A stretch of 64,000 bases of DNA from positions 34,410,001 through 34,474,000 of the forward strand of contig OX597839.1 in NCBI GenBank assembly GCA_951406725.2. Reading direction: 5' to 3'. Made by a program: the position numbers and the translations under genes. Positions within the stretch are counted from its first letter, which is position 1, and the number at the start of each line of letters is the position of its first letter. This document shows, piece by piece, positions 13,335-27,470 of the stretch. Origin of the DNA: Octopus vulgaris. Taxonomy: Eukaryota. The notes under the pieces are model-generated. The model did no database searches and was not told the origin of the DNA. It saw only the letters and a program-made list of their open reading frames with translations.

Positions 13335-13925
13335 CATCATCATCATCATTGTTTAATGTCCGTTTTCTTTGCTGCCAAGGGTTGGACGGTTTGACTGAGG
13401 TCTGGAGAGCCAGTGGCTGCACCAGGCTCCAATCTCATCTGGCAATGTTTCTACAGCTGGATGCCCTTCCTAATGCCAACCACTCCAAAAGTGTAGTGGG
13501 TGCTTTTTACGTGCCACTGGCACAGGAGCCAGTCAGGCGGGCCTGCATCGATCATGTTCAGATAGCGCTTTTTATGTGCCAGTGGCACAGGCCAATTAGG
13601 GGGTACTGGCTTTGGCCACGTACAGATGGTGCTCTTTATGTGTCACTGGTATGGGAGCCAGTCAGGCAGACCTGGCATTGACCACATTCAGATGGTACTT
13701 TTTACATGCCACCGGCATTGGAGCCAGTCTAGAGGTACTGGCATCAGCCATGTTTGATTGGTGCTTTTTACGTGCCACTGGTACGGGAGCCAGTCAGGCG
13801 GACCTGGTATCAACCACATTTGGATGGTGCTTTTTATGTGCCACCAGCACGGGAGCCAATCAGGGGGCACTGGCCACTGCTACGATATTGGTTTTACTTG
13901 ACTCAACTGGTTTTCTCAAGCATAT
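13335..13925 (-). mobile_element. RTE-associated 3' element (family C) with six internal ~65-bp tandem units and a (GAT)n tail
   Basis: Contains catcatcat-gtttaatgtccg...ctggatgcccttcctaatgccaacc. The unit gtgctttttacgtgccac recurs at ~13500, 13566, 13629, 13696, 13761 and 13827. Other copies lie near 19492, 21195, 27970, 31030, 31240, 39612 and 43000. Confidence 0.8.
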
Positions 13926-14245
13926 ATCTCGATGCCTCCTCACACAATTATATTTGTGCATGGCATCATTTTTGCCAATTTTTTTTTTCTGCTTTCTTTT
14001 ACATTTTCAACTTTGAATTATTCTGAAGATTTTGTATTACAACAACCGGTTCTTACTGTTTTAGAAACTCTTTATGGTTAGGTATTAGGGAAATGGCTTT
14101 CCCAAGGCAGAGAATAAATGTTATTTGAATTTTGAGCCTTTTTAAAATAGAAGAAATTCAAAAATTGAAAATTTTCCAATACTCCTTAACACCTTAGCAT
14201 TTAAACCAGCCACTTTCTGCCCAAATATTCTACCTTTTATTATTA

Positions 14246-14580
14246 GGCTCATGGCTCAGTGGTTAGAGCGTCGAGCTTACGATCGTGAGGTTGTGAGCTC
14301 GAATGCAAGACCGGGCTGCGTGTTGTGTTCTTGAGCAAGACACTTTATTTCATGTTGCTCCAGTTCACTCAGCTGTAGAAATGAGTTGCGACGTCACAGG
14401 TGCCAAGCTGTATCGGCCCCTTTGCCTTTCCCTTGGATAACACTGGTGACGTGGAGAGGGGAGGCCGGTATGCATGGGCGACTGCTGGTCTTCCATAAAA
14501 AACAACCTTGCCCAGACTTGTGCCTCAGAGGGTAACTCTCTAGGTAGAATCCCATGGTCAGTGTCTGACCGAAGGGGGTC
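14246..14580 (+). mobile_element. tRNA/CORE-type SINE, tail type 1
   Basis: tggctcagtggttagagc...ttcttgagcaagacacttt...gaccgaagggggtc; reverse copy at ~56790-57135. Confidence 0.85.
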
Positions 14581-15944
14581 CCGATATTATGTTCAAACCA
14601 GCCACGTTCATCCCAAATAAGTTATGAGGTTGAAATTTTCAGAAAATATCTCTCTCCTGAAAATAAACAAATGGTAAAAATTTGAAAAGGATTTGAGACA
14701 CGTAGCCAATAGTATTCTGTTGAATTTGACTGGAATGACTCATGGAAAGGCAAATGGAATTTTGAATCATTTGGGATTTTCCCATTAGCTTTAGTAGCTA
14801 ATTGCTCAATCATTACCCTCATGCCAGTGTGACCTAGTGGCTTGTACCATTGCTGTCACTAATTGTTTTTAGGTGCCTGTGTAGTTACGAGCAGATCTAG
14901 ACACTTTCTAGACACTTTCTCAGCCCTCCAGCACTTGAGTTGGAAGGAGCAAGAAGCTGGTTCCCCATTCATAGCTGAATACACTTAAGCAGTGTGAAAT
15001 GATGCTCAAAGGATGCAACATGACACCCGATCCTGGAATTGAACCAGAGCCTTATGATTGTGAGATCAACACTCTAACCACTAGTCTGTGCATCTTTAGA
15101 AGTATAAAGGAAAACATGGTAGCTAACTTCAGTCAAACCCAAGTAATATAGGGGTCAGTTTCAGAAATGTTTCTGGGAGCTGATAATTTATAAAGGGAAA
15201 TATATTAACCCTTAACGTAGTTCTCAGGGAGATTCAGCATGACACAGAAAGTGACACGGTTGGACCCCTTTGAATTACAGGTATAAACTCATTTTTGCCA
15301 GCTGAGTGGACTGGAGCAACAAGAAATAAAGTGTCTCGCTCGTGGACACAAGGTGCCACCAGAAATCGAACTTGCGACTTTACGATCAAGGGTCGAATAC
15401 CCTAACCACTTAGCCACACACCTTCACACGTTACATGACGATGATGACGACACACAGACAGAAATAAAGAATAGAATCTTTTCTACTCTAGGCACAAGGC
15501 CCAAAATTTTTGGGTAGGGAACCAGTCGTTTAGATCGACCCCAGTACGCAACTGGTATTTAATTTATCAACCCCAAAAAGATGAAAGGCAAAGTTGACCT
15601 CAGAGGAATTTGAACTCTGAACATAAAGATAGACGAAATGCCACTAAGCGTGTTAATGTTTCTGCCAGTTCACTGCGTTAATAATCTTTTCTACTCTAGG
15701 CACAAGGCCTGAAATTTTGGGAGAGGTGGGACCAGTCAATTTGATCGATTCCTGTACACAACTGGTACTTAATTTATCAACGCCCAAAAGGATGAAAGAC
15801 AAAGTTGACTTCGGTGGAATATGAACTCAGAATGTAAAAACAGACGAAATACCACTAAGCATTTCACCTGGCATGCTAACGATTCTGCCAGCTCACCGCC
15901 TTAAATAAAGACTAGAATGTATACAGCATAATTATTTCTCTTAA

Positions 15945-16166
15945 CCCTTTAGCATTTAAACCAGCCATATCCGGCCAAAAGTATTCTGCCTGTTTTATGT
16001 GCAAACTGGCCAGATCTGGTCTCTCACACCAACCCTACAATATCATTTTAAAAATTAACAGCTACCTCATAAAAATCTCATAGCTACAAGATTAATGAAT
16101 GATTAGTTCAAAACAATTTGGATGAAAAAGCATTAATTGTGGCAGAATAATGCGAACCCTAAAGGG
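15945..16166. mobile_element. piggyBac-type MITE, same family, opposite orientation
   Basis: TTAA-CCCTTTAG...CTAAAGGG-TTAA. Older copies at ~19326, ~36480-36670 and 47600-48000. Confidence 0.85.
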
Positions 16167-17269
16167 TTAAAGGAGATTTTGGTTGAATTGATGCAGATAT
16201 CTGAATTATTGTTTTATCTCTTGTTTTTCTTGTCTGAATAGTTTCCATTCATCATTGAAAAAAGGGAAAGGGCATATGTACGTATGATGGAATGGGGCAC
16301 CTGAAGGCAATCGGGGAATAAAAAAGGTTAATATAACATAGAAAGAAAGAGGATTGATGAAAGGAGAAGATGAAGTAATAATTTGAAAATGTGAGATTGT
16401 TGTAAGACCGTTATATAAATCTAGGTTAAGATGGTTATATAAACCATCGTGTATTATGGAAACGCAGATGCAGTGTGTCTGCTCATAGATATATATATAT
16501 ACATACAATGCGTACAGTAAGTTCTCTGTACGTGTGTGTGTGTGTAAGCAAAACAATTGCTAAATTAAGCAGCAATCCTAATGAAGGGCCGAGGTTCAAA
16601 AATAGCTTCAATTACTTCGATTGAAAACTGGTTGCTAATTCGAAAGTTTTGTTATTGCAACCTATTCTGTGTTTGTTTAAAACATTACGACAAACAAACA
16701 ACACCGTACACACAAAGTGCTTCGCAAATATATGTGTGTGTGTGTATGTGTATGTGTGTGTGTGTGTTATTTGTGGTGATGGGTGACGGATGGATGGGGG
16801 CTGTGTGTATTAATGTATGTATTTAATTTCTATCCCTCAATTTATTTTGATAAGTTTCAACAACAGACTTAGCTAACTTCTGCTGACCACCACCGACACC
16901 AACACCAACGCTACCACCATCACCGATACCTTACCAACACCACCGCTTCCCACATCACCACCACAATCACTGAGATCACCAGCATCATCACCAATACCCC
17001 TAACATCTCTACCAACCACCACCATCATCATCATCATCATCATCTTGCCATCTCTAATACCACCACCACCACCATTACTGCCCACTCACTCTTCATCATA
17101 ACATCAACACTAAAGAAAGCTAAATAAATCTCAACCAAAACACAGCCCAGGGTTTCTTTCTCTTCTTTTCTTTCTTTCTTTCTTTTTTCTTTTTTTTTTT
17201 TTTAACCTAATCAAATCCCTGAGAGAATCTATTTCTATCCAATCTCTCTGTCGCTTCAACTAGACAACA

Positions 17270-17635
17270 ACATCATCAACATCACCATCACCAACATCAC
17301 CACCATCGTCAACATCATCACCATCGTCAACATCACCATCATCACCATCACCACCATCACCATCACCAACATCACCATCACCAACATCACCATCACCAAC
17401 ATCACCATCGTCACCATCACCAACATCACCACCATCACCATCATCACCACCATCACCATCATCACCATCACCAACACCACAACCATCACCATCATCACCA
17501 TCACCACCATCACTACCATCACCATCACCACCATTACCATCATCACCATCACCAATATCATCAACGTCACCGACATCACCATCATCATCATCACCACCAC
17601 CATCACCACCACCATCACCATCACCAGCATCATCG
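17270..17635. repeat. (CAC/CAT)n repeat
   Basis: Seen directly in the sequence. Confidence 0.95.
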
Positions 17636-18071
17636 ACCTCACATTGTTTTTACGGTTATCAATTGATAAAGACCCCCCCGCTCCTTGTCACCCTGTGTCT
17701 TATTTATATACCAGTCTGATCAAGCTTACTAAAAACAGAAATTAGTAATGGGACAGTAACTCTTATTTATTTCTTTTACTTTTTCCCGGTCATCAGCTTT
17801 TTTCTTTTGTTTTCTGTTTCATGTTTCTTGTTTCTTGTACTTTACTTTCCTGTGACTTTAGTCGCTCGACTTGAACATTGCAGTTCTTGTGTTGGTGTGC
17901 ATTCCCTGAAAATACATCCATCATCATATATACATACATGTTGTAAGTGCACTTAAATATTTCTTTGAATGCGTAAATGTTTTTCAGGTTAGTTTAGAGA
18001 CAGGTGCTGTTGTATAGCAATGTGTATGACTTAGCAGTCACATTTGTTTCTGTCATTCCATGTATGTGTGA

Positions 18072-18085
18072 GTATATATATATAT

Positions 18086-18119
<34 letters not shown>

Positions 18120-18193
18120 GAGAGAGAGAGAGTTAGATAGACAGAGAGACAGAGAAATAGATAGGCAGACAGGTAGATAGATAGGCAGACAGG

Positions 18194-18266
<73 letters not shown>

Positions 18267-18455
18267 GAGAGAGAGAGAGAGATAGTTAGATAGACAGAGA
18301 GAGAGAGAAATAGGTAGGTAGATTGATAGATAGGTAGATAGACAGACAGATAGGTAGGGAGACAGACAGATAGGTACAGAGATAGATAGATTGATAGATA
18401 GATGGATGGATGGATGGATGGATGGATAGACAGGCAGACAGACAAACAGATAGAT
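18072..18455. repeat. (GATA)n/(GACA)n compound microsatellite
   Basis: Seen directly in the sequence. Confidence 0.95.
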
Positions 18456-18534
18456 GATATGTGGGTAACTTGAAAAATTTATGTGTAGATATTCATATAC
18501 ATACATATACTCACAAAATTAATATATGTGTCTG

Positions 18535-18578
<44 letters not shown>

Positions 18579-18951
18579 TGTGTTCATGTCCTCATAGTGA
18601 CATTGTATAACTTCTCTAAAATTAACGATATGAAATTGAATTTAATTAAATATTGACTTGAAATTGACGTGATATTTAACAGATGTAGAATTTTAGGTAA
18701 ATTTTCATAGTTATTTTGAAGTCATAAAATAATTTGAATTTATTTCAATTAATCAAATTTTATTACAATATGCAAATATGCACAAACTCTTCCTCAAACC
18801 CCCACACACACACACACTCCGTAGAGGCCTACATTTCCATAATATAATTTAAACATAAATTAATTATTAATTATTACACTCTAAATTTAGGTCTGTATAA
18901 ATATATTTATATAGTTTTGTTGTCAGCTGTTTTAAATACTTCTATTAACTA

Positions 18952-19044
<93 letters not shown>

Positions 19045-21020
19045 CATTATTATTATTATTATTATTATCTAATTCCAATCTCTACTGCCATTATTAAATT
19101 ATAATTAAATTACATTCTTATGTGGTTTCTAACGTTGAAAGTTTTGCAGTTCTGTTTAAATTAATTTTATAAGACCCCTTTTTTTTTTAGTTTGTTTATT
19201 TATTTACTTATTTATTTACCAGTCATGGGATTGTTATTTTATTTGTTTGTTTGCTGTTGTTGTTTTGTAAATATTTGAGAAGAGACATCGGTTTCATTTG
19301 AATCAATATTAATTTTTTGTTTTTTTTAACTCCTTGGCATCCAGATTCCTCTGTCAAATGTAATAATGCTTATTTAGTTACTTTGCTTTTAATTATTCAT
19401 GCTTTTAATTATTCACTGGTGGCTTTGAGATTTCAATGATGTGATTTGCAGGGTTGGTGTGGGAAACCAGATCTGGTTAGTTTGACCATATCATCATCAT
19501 CATCATCATCATAGTTTAACGTCCGCTTTCCATGCTAGCATGGGTTGGACGATTTTGACTGAGGGCTGGCAAGCCGGATGGCTGCACCAGGCTCCAGTCT
19601 GATCTGGCAGACTTTCTACAGCTGGATGCCCTTCCTGATGCCAACCACTCCGAGAGTGTAGTGGGTGTTTTTTACATGACACCGGAACAGGGACCAGTCA
19701 AGCGGTACTGGCAATGACCTTGCTCGAATCTTTTTACACATGCCACCAGCACAGGTGCCAGTGAATCAACGTTGGTGGTGCCCATTTGTGCCGCATGTGG
19801 CCGGTTTAAACACTAAAGGGCCAATGCCCACTTTTCTATGCTTCCCCATGGGTCAGATGATATTTGTCGAGGCGGCCAGATGCTCTTCCTATCACCAACC
19901 CTCACTCTTTCCAAATTCGGTCATATTTCCCCATCACCAGACAAGTTTTTCTTGGAAGAAGATTGGAAATGAAGGGCATTGCTTGTATCACAGCGACGCT
20001 CACTTACAACCATTTTGTGATGTCGGCATAAGCATACACACAAACACATACATATGCATGTACATATACATACAAAGGGTCTCTTTCAATTTCTGCTGAA
20101 TTGACTTACAATCTTTTGGGTAGCCTGAGGTTATTGTAGGAGATATTTGCCCAATGTGCTGCACAGTGGATCTGAACCCAAAACCCCATGGTTGGGAAGC
20201 AGTCTTTTAAACCACGCAGTCATCTGTGCACCTATCAATCGGATTGTATTGGATTGCCTATATTCAGTCCACTGCAGGATGAAGACCTCAGCATCTTCTC
20301 TCCACCAACCACAGTCTGATGTGATGGCCATGATTGGAGCTTGAGATCATACTGGTTTGATGAGCCCACTCTGCCACACTCGCTTGACATGGCCTCGCAG
20401 AATAACAATGTATAATTCTGTGTTAAGATCCTTGATGCCTTACTTGTGTTTGTCATTGGTTTTGTTGATGTCTGAAAAATATAAAAATAAAAAAAAATAT
20501 ATAAAAATAAAAATAATAAAACTCACCTACAGAAATGTTATATCTGTCTAAAGCAGTGGTTCCCAACCAAGGCCCACATGGCCCTTGGCGGTCCATGTAA
20601 GATTTTCTGGTTAAAATTTATGTGCAATAAAATTGGTTATACTTTTACAATACACAAAATATTTTAACAAAATCCCTAAAAATATTTAACTGTAGAAATA
20701 TAAAGGGATTTTAAAAGAAAAAGCATTGAATAGCTATGGGGGTCCACCTGAGTAAAATAGGAAGCAAAGGGGTGAAAATTGTCAAGCACCACTGGTCTGA
20801 AGACTGCAATATTGTATGTTATAGATATTGGATATGCAGGTTTGTGGTAATTAGAGAGAAGTTTAATCTGTTGAATGTAACGAGTGAAGGATTTGTGTGC
20901 TGGGAACAAAAGGCAAAAGCACATATGAGTTGACGAGGGACTGGTTGAGCATGAAAGGTATTTGATGAATTTATTTTGCAAGGATTTGGGTCTGTGTGTT
21001 GGAAGCAATATTGTTATATT

Positions 21021-21153
21021 CAGGGCTGTGGAGTGATGGGGCTGGAAACAATTAAGGGGGTAGCTGGAATCGGAGTCGGTAAAATAGACCACAATCACTT
21101 AATTACATAGAGGAGTCAGAGTCGAAGTTCTTTGTTTCAGCCCCACAGCCCTG
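21021..21153. mobile_element. Short MITE with CAGGGCTGTGG terminal inverted repeats and GGAGTC repeats
   Basis: cagggctgtgg...ccacagccctg; relatives at ~29536-29696 and 34137-34229. Confidence 0.65.
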
Positions 21154-22405
21154 GTTATGTTTCAGAAGGGTGTCACTAATAAAACTTAATAAAGCACCCT
21201 CCGATCATGGCCGTTTGCCAGCCTCGCCTGGCACCTGTGCAGGTGGCACGTAAAAAGCACCCACTACACTCACGGAGTGGTTGGCGTTAGGAAGGGCATA
21301 CAGCTGTAGAAACACTGCCAGATCAGACTGGAGCCTGGTGCAGCCTTCTGGCTTCCTAGACACCAGTTAAACCGTCCAACCCATGCTAGCATGGAAAACG
21401 GACGTTAAACGATGATGAAACATGTTAACCGGTTGTTGTTTGTCTATATTTCTCCCTTTGACTCTTTTTTTTTTCACACTCATATGGGTGAGAAGCCTTT
21501 TATGAACATTGCATTACTCATTGCATTATAAAAGCTACCCAAAAACTGCAAAGTGGGTGTAGGAGGACCTCTTATGGCAAGGAGAAGGATCTGACCCCTT
21601 GTTGAGATGCATGGCACAAGTTTTAGGAAATTTTGTACACATTTTTTTTTCTTTTCTTTTTCACTTCTCCTCCTGTCTTGCAAAGATTGCAAAGATCCTT
21701 GTTGACCTCACTTGACCCCCATGGCATGAGAAAAGCACAGAGTACACATGTAAAGTGGTTGGTGTTAGGAAGGGCATCCATCCATAAAAATCATGTCAAA
21801 GCAGACACAGTCCTGCAGCTTGCTGGGGTCTTGTCAAAGAGTCCAACTCATGCCAGCAAGGAAAGCAGATGTTCGATGATGATGACTATTCAATGTAGCA
21901 ATATGAACAATATGGAAAACTAGAGTTCTATGAAATGTTATGCCAACTGTAATATTCTTTTCGTTTTTGAATTTGGTTTGCAAGATTCTTTATATGAGTT
22001 CGTGTGTTGAAGCATATTCTGTTGTCTGGGGAGAGTAATTTTCTTTTTGTGCCTTATAATGTAACACACTCACTGGTAAAATTTCCACTTATTTCTTATT
22101 TTTATTTTCCTAAAATTTTCATAATATTCTTAAATATCTATTTGAAAACTTCTGTGTCCCAAACTGCTGATAATACTCAAAATTATATTTAACATTTAGC
22201 GTAGCACTTAATAACAGCACTTTTTGGCAAAAATTTGAACGACATAACTTAATATTACCCCCCAGTATGTTCTGCCAACACTTCAAGTACAGGTTTGGCT
22301 TTTATCTTTCCTTCTTTCTTTTAAAGTAAAGATTTAATGTACCCTCAACCAAACTGCAAAGTACTTCACAACGGTCCACCCCCTGCAGATGTTTGAGAGT
22401 ACTTA

Positions 22406-22656
22406 GTTGACTGAGCAACTAGAAAAACTATTGGCACAGAACTCTTTTCATGTACCTCAAAGTGGGGGGTGGATCTTTGCACCACTTGAGACTTCAGAAT
22501 GGATGTAACGCCTCAAGTAGTTTGATGTCAAGGAATCGTGTTTTGGTTTCATTCATGATAAATGTCTATTCTTAATTCTTGTCTTCAAGTGTAACCCTCA
22601 GTTGCTGAGTGACTGAGCTCAGCGTTCTTAACGATTCCAACACATTGTTTGGCAAC
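22406..22656. promoter_or_regulatory. Cluster of RFX X-box-like motifs
   Basis: GTTGACTGAGCAAC (22406-22419), GTTGCTGAGTGAC (22601-22613) and ATTGTTTGGCAAC (22644-22656), all upstream of the candidate exon. Confidence 0.45.
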
Positions 22657-22911
22657 GGGAAAACCTCGTTAAAGCGAGTATCAACTTGTTAATAACCTTA
22701 TACACACCTCCATTTATTTGATTTGTTTGTGTGTATGGGTGAGTGAATATTTAAATGTAGAGGGGTGGGGTTCATTAGAGCTACTATATATATATTATAA
22801 TAATATATTATAATAATATATTATCATAATATATGCAATAGGTTAGCTTATCAAATACTGAAACAAAATAACAAAACAAACCACAACAACGTTCAGCTGT
22901 TTTGAAACGAG

Positions 22912-22971
22912 ATGGATAACGAAGAAGATATTAATCAAAATGATGAAACATCAGGAGATAAAGAAGAAAAT
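22912..22971 (+). CDS. Candidate alternative first coding exon of the rootletin gene
   Basis: gagATGg start context; encodes MDNEEDINQNDETSGDKEEN, then a phase-0 donor aat|gtaagc compatible with the 46493 acceptor. Lies in unique sequence. Confidence 0.5.
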
Positions 22972-23008
22972 GTAAGCTTCATCTGTCGTTATCTCACCTG
23001 CATTTTCA

Positions 23009-23573
<565 letters not shown>

Positions 23574-24071
23574 AAACCCTGTTATATTTATCTGAGGTGT
23601 CTTCTTTTTCTTTTATATATATGATTTCACTGGAGGATGTTTAATACATTAATACCTTATACTGGAACTCTGATTATACAATGTGGAAGTATGTGCATCC
23701 ATGTATATGTGTATGTGCACGTGCACACATGCACTTCTCGGTGCTTTTACATCTGCCAATTTCTTTATGCATCTTCGGGTTTTTTACAAATTGGATATTT
23801 TCTTCCAAACTCAGAGAATAAAATGTACAGAATCTGTTGTTTGTTTGTTTCATCAATAACAGGTCAGACAAAATAAGAAATAAAAAGTAAAGGCCAAGTT
23901 GCCTTCTGCTATAGCCTTGGGCTGACCAAAGCCTTGTGAGTGGATTTGGTAGACGGAAACTAAAAGAAGCCTGTCGTATATTTGTATATATAATCAAGAG
24001 ATTAGACTGGGAGATGAAAATCCTTTGTTTATATCCCCATTACAATGTTTTTATAAAAATAAATAAAGATA

Positions 24072-24462
24072 AGGCGCAGGAGTGGCTGTGTGGTAAGTAG
24101 CTTGTTTACCAACCACATGGTTCTGGGTTCAGTCCCACTGTGTGGTACCTTGGGCAAGTGTCTTCTACTATAGCCTCGGGCCGACCAATGCCTTGTGAGT
24201 GGATTTGGTAGACGGAAACTGAAAGAAGCCTGTCGTATATATGTGTGTGTCTGTGTTTGTCCCCCTAGCATTGCTTGACAACCGATGCTGGTGTGTTTAT
24301 GTCCCCGTTACTTAGCGGTTCGGCAAAAGAGACCGATAGAATAAGTACTGGGCTTACAAAAAAGAATAAGTCGCGGGGTCGAATTGCTCGATTAAAGGCG
24401 GTGCTCCAGCATGGCCGCAGTCAAATGACTGAAACAAGTAAAAGAGTAAAAAGAGTAAAGAG
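24072..24462 (+). mobile_element. SINE family A, full length
   Basis: Starts aggcgcaggagtggctgtgtgg; ends with (gagtaaaa)n. Confidence 0.9.
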
Positions 24463-24792
24463 TATAAAACTGAAAGTATATTTTCTAAGCATTTCTTACC
24501 TCTTGGAAGTTAAACATTTTCCCTCTTCCTTTGATACGGTTGCTGTTGTTCATATTAATTAGCTGTATAATTTAAGAGGTCTGAATTAAGACAAGACTAT
24601 GCAGTGTAAGAGAGTCGTTCTGTGCACTAACTGACACTTTCAGTTGTTATTAAGGTTCTGTCTAATCTTTTGTTGTTATTATCGAACATGTTTGATCCTA
24701 TTTCTAAGGGACTCCTAATACGAGATAAAAAAAAAGAGGCTGTTTAAAATGGGGAGGGAAAAGACAAAGAAAAAATACACGCTACTCTAGAC

Positions 24793-25283
24793 CAGTGCCC
24801 CACAACTGTTTTTGACTTGTCGTACACTTATATTCTGTTCAAAATTCAATGACACACCTGAAATGAAAATATAATTATATTCAGAAAAAATTATGTTCAG
24901 GTTACACTGTGGCACACCTAGCATCGTCTCGTGGCACAGCAGTGTGCCCTGGCATACTGGTTGCAGAGCACTGCTCTAGACCAGCAGTTCTTAACCAGGC
25001 TCTGTATGGCCCTTGAGGGTCCATATAAGATTTTGTTGTTAAAATTTATCTCCAATAAATTAGTTCTACTTCTGCAATGCATAAAATATTTTATTTCTTT
25101 TTACACAATTCCTTATAATAATTTTTATTCTTAAGAATGATTTTTATATAATTCCTAATGATATTTAGTTATAAAAATACATTAAAATTTATATATATAT
25201 ATATCAAATGGCTATGGAGGTCCTGGAGAGTAAAATAGGAATCAAAGGGATCCAGAGGCAAAAAAAAGGGTCAAGAATTACTG
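24793..25283. mobile_element. Two adjacent hAT-Charlie-type MITEs
   Basis: CTCTAGAC-CAGTG...CACTG-CTCTAGAC (perfect 8-bp target-site duplication), then CAGCAG...TACTG-CTATAGAG. A relative of the second lies at ~20553-20794. Confidence 0.75.
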
Positions 25284-25548
25284 CTATAGAGAAATAACAG
25301 TTGTGTTCTATGAGAAGGAAAAGAATTGTTGGTTTATATGTGTATTTTAGATATATTATGGCATGTATTCTTTTACTTGTTTCAGTCATTTGACTGTGGC
25401 CATGCTGGAGCACTTACTCTATTGGTCTCTTTTGCTGAATTGCTAAGTTACGGGGACATAAACACACCAACCTTGGTTGTCAATTAGTATGTATGTATGT
25501 GGGTGAGTTAACAAATACAAAGACACACACATATGTATGTATATATAT

Positions 25549-25614
<66 letters not shown>

Positions 25615-25669
25615 TATATATATATACATACATACACACACATATATATAATGCCCTTCATATTGTTTC

Positions 25670-25903
25670 TTATTTCTTTATTGCCCACAAGGGGCTAAAC
25701 ATAGAGGGGACAAACAAGGACAGACAAAGGGATTAAGTTGATTGCATCGACCCCAGTGCATAACTGGTACTTAATTTATCGACCCCGAAAGGATGAAAGG
25801 CAAAGTCGACCTCGGCGGAATTTGAACTCAGAACGTAGCGGCAGATGAAATACCCCTAAGCATTTCGCCTGGCGTGCTAACATTTCTGCCAGCTCACCGC
25901 CTT
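25670..25903 (-). mobile_element. SINE family B, full length
   Basis: Reverse complement of 10281-10512. Confidence 0.85.
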
Positions 25904-27060
25904 CACATTGTTTCTGTCTATCAAATTCACTCACAAGGCATTGATAGGCATAGGGGTTATAATGGAAGACATTTGCCCCAACTGCTGTACAGTGGGACTG
26001 AACACAAAACCATGTGCTTGCAAAGCAACCTTCTTAACCACTCATCCAACTTCTTTTTCTTTTTTTTTTTTTTACAGAAAGGGATGCAACACAACCTCCT
26101 GGTTTACACCAGTAAACATAAGTGCTCACACACACAAACGTAGACATACACACACATGTACCTACACACATGCACACATACATACAGACATATATACATA
26201 CATGCAGACACACATACACACATATATATACACACACGGCTACCAGACCCCCACCCACGCAATTATATATTTCTTATCTCCTGTGTACACAGTACATCAG
26301 CCCTACCTCCCCCACTGCCCTTGTTTTATCAGCTCAATAATTACCAATAGATAATGTTCCTGCTACGGACCCCGGACCCCGATTTACACAATTTACGCGT
26401 AATAAGGTTAATGTTGTTATTGGTTGCTGTCACTTTTATGTTCGCATGAGGAAAGAAAATGGGTTTGTTTATTTTACCATCATTGCAGAATAATCATTCC
26501 AGAAATTGGCAGAGGAGCGAACTAGAAATAATAAGGTCTTTTAGGGACAAGAATGGTTGTGTGGTTAAGACGCTTGCTTCCCAACCATGTGGTCTTCGGT
26601 TCTGTCCCACTGCACAGCACCTTGGCAAGTGTCTTGTTCTATAGCCCTGGGGTGATCAAATCTTTGTGAGTTGATTTGGTAGACAGAAACTGAAAGAAGC
26701 CTGTCTTATGTGCATTTATGTATGTGTGTGTCTTGTATCTTTTACCTGTTTCAGTTGTTAGACTGTGGCCATGCTGGGGCACCACCTTGAAGAATTTTTA
26801 GTTGAATGAATTGACCCCGGTGATTTTTTATTTTAAAGCCTAATATTTATTTTACCAGTCTCTTTTGCTAAACCTCTAAGTTGCGGGGATGTAACTGATC
26901 CTGGAAGCATGCAGTTGCAAGGCAAGCTTCTTACCACACAGCCTCTGCATTCACGCACACATGTGTGTGTGTGTGTGTGCGTCTTGTCTAGACATCATGT
27001 GATCATTGTAAATAAACCTTACCATCAAACAAATCTAATGTGAAAAACATATCTATATAT

Positions 27061-27470
27061 AGGCGCAGGAGTGGCTGTGTGGTAAGTAGCTTGCTTACCA
27101 ACCACATGGTTCCGGGTTCAGTCCCACTGCGTGGCATCTTGGGCAAGTGTCTTCTACTATAGCCTCGGGCCGACCAATGCCTTGTGAGTGGATTTGGTAG
27201 ACGGAAACTGAAAGAAGCCTGTCGTATATATGTATATATATATGTGTGTGTGTATATGTTTGTGTGTCTGTGTTTGTTCCCCTAGCATTGCTTGACAACC
27301 GATGCTGGTGTGTTTACGTCCCCGTCACTTAGCGTTTTGGCAAAAGAGACTGATAGAATAAGTACTGGGCTTACAAAGAATAAGTCCCGGGGTCAATTTG
27401 CTTGACTAAAGGCGGTGCTCCAGCATGGCCGCAGTCAAATGACTGAAACAAGTAAAAGAGTAAAAGAGAG
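27061..27470 (+). mobile_element. SINE family A, full length
   Basis: Same head and tail as the other family A copies. Confidence 0.9.

Noticed and set aside
13490-13880. Regularly spaced repeats resembling a CRISPR array (also 51510-51980, 61355-61535)
   Set aside because: The intervening sequences are homologous to each other rather than unique spacers; the context is eukaryotic and there are no cas genes.
14246-14325. tRNA-like A/B boxes as a true tRNA gene
   Set aside because: No proper cloverleaf acceptor stem, and the sequence continues into SINE core. The same applies to the other SINE heads.
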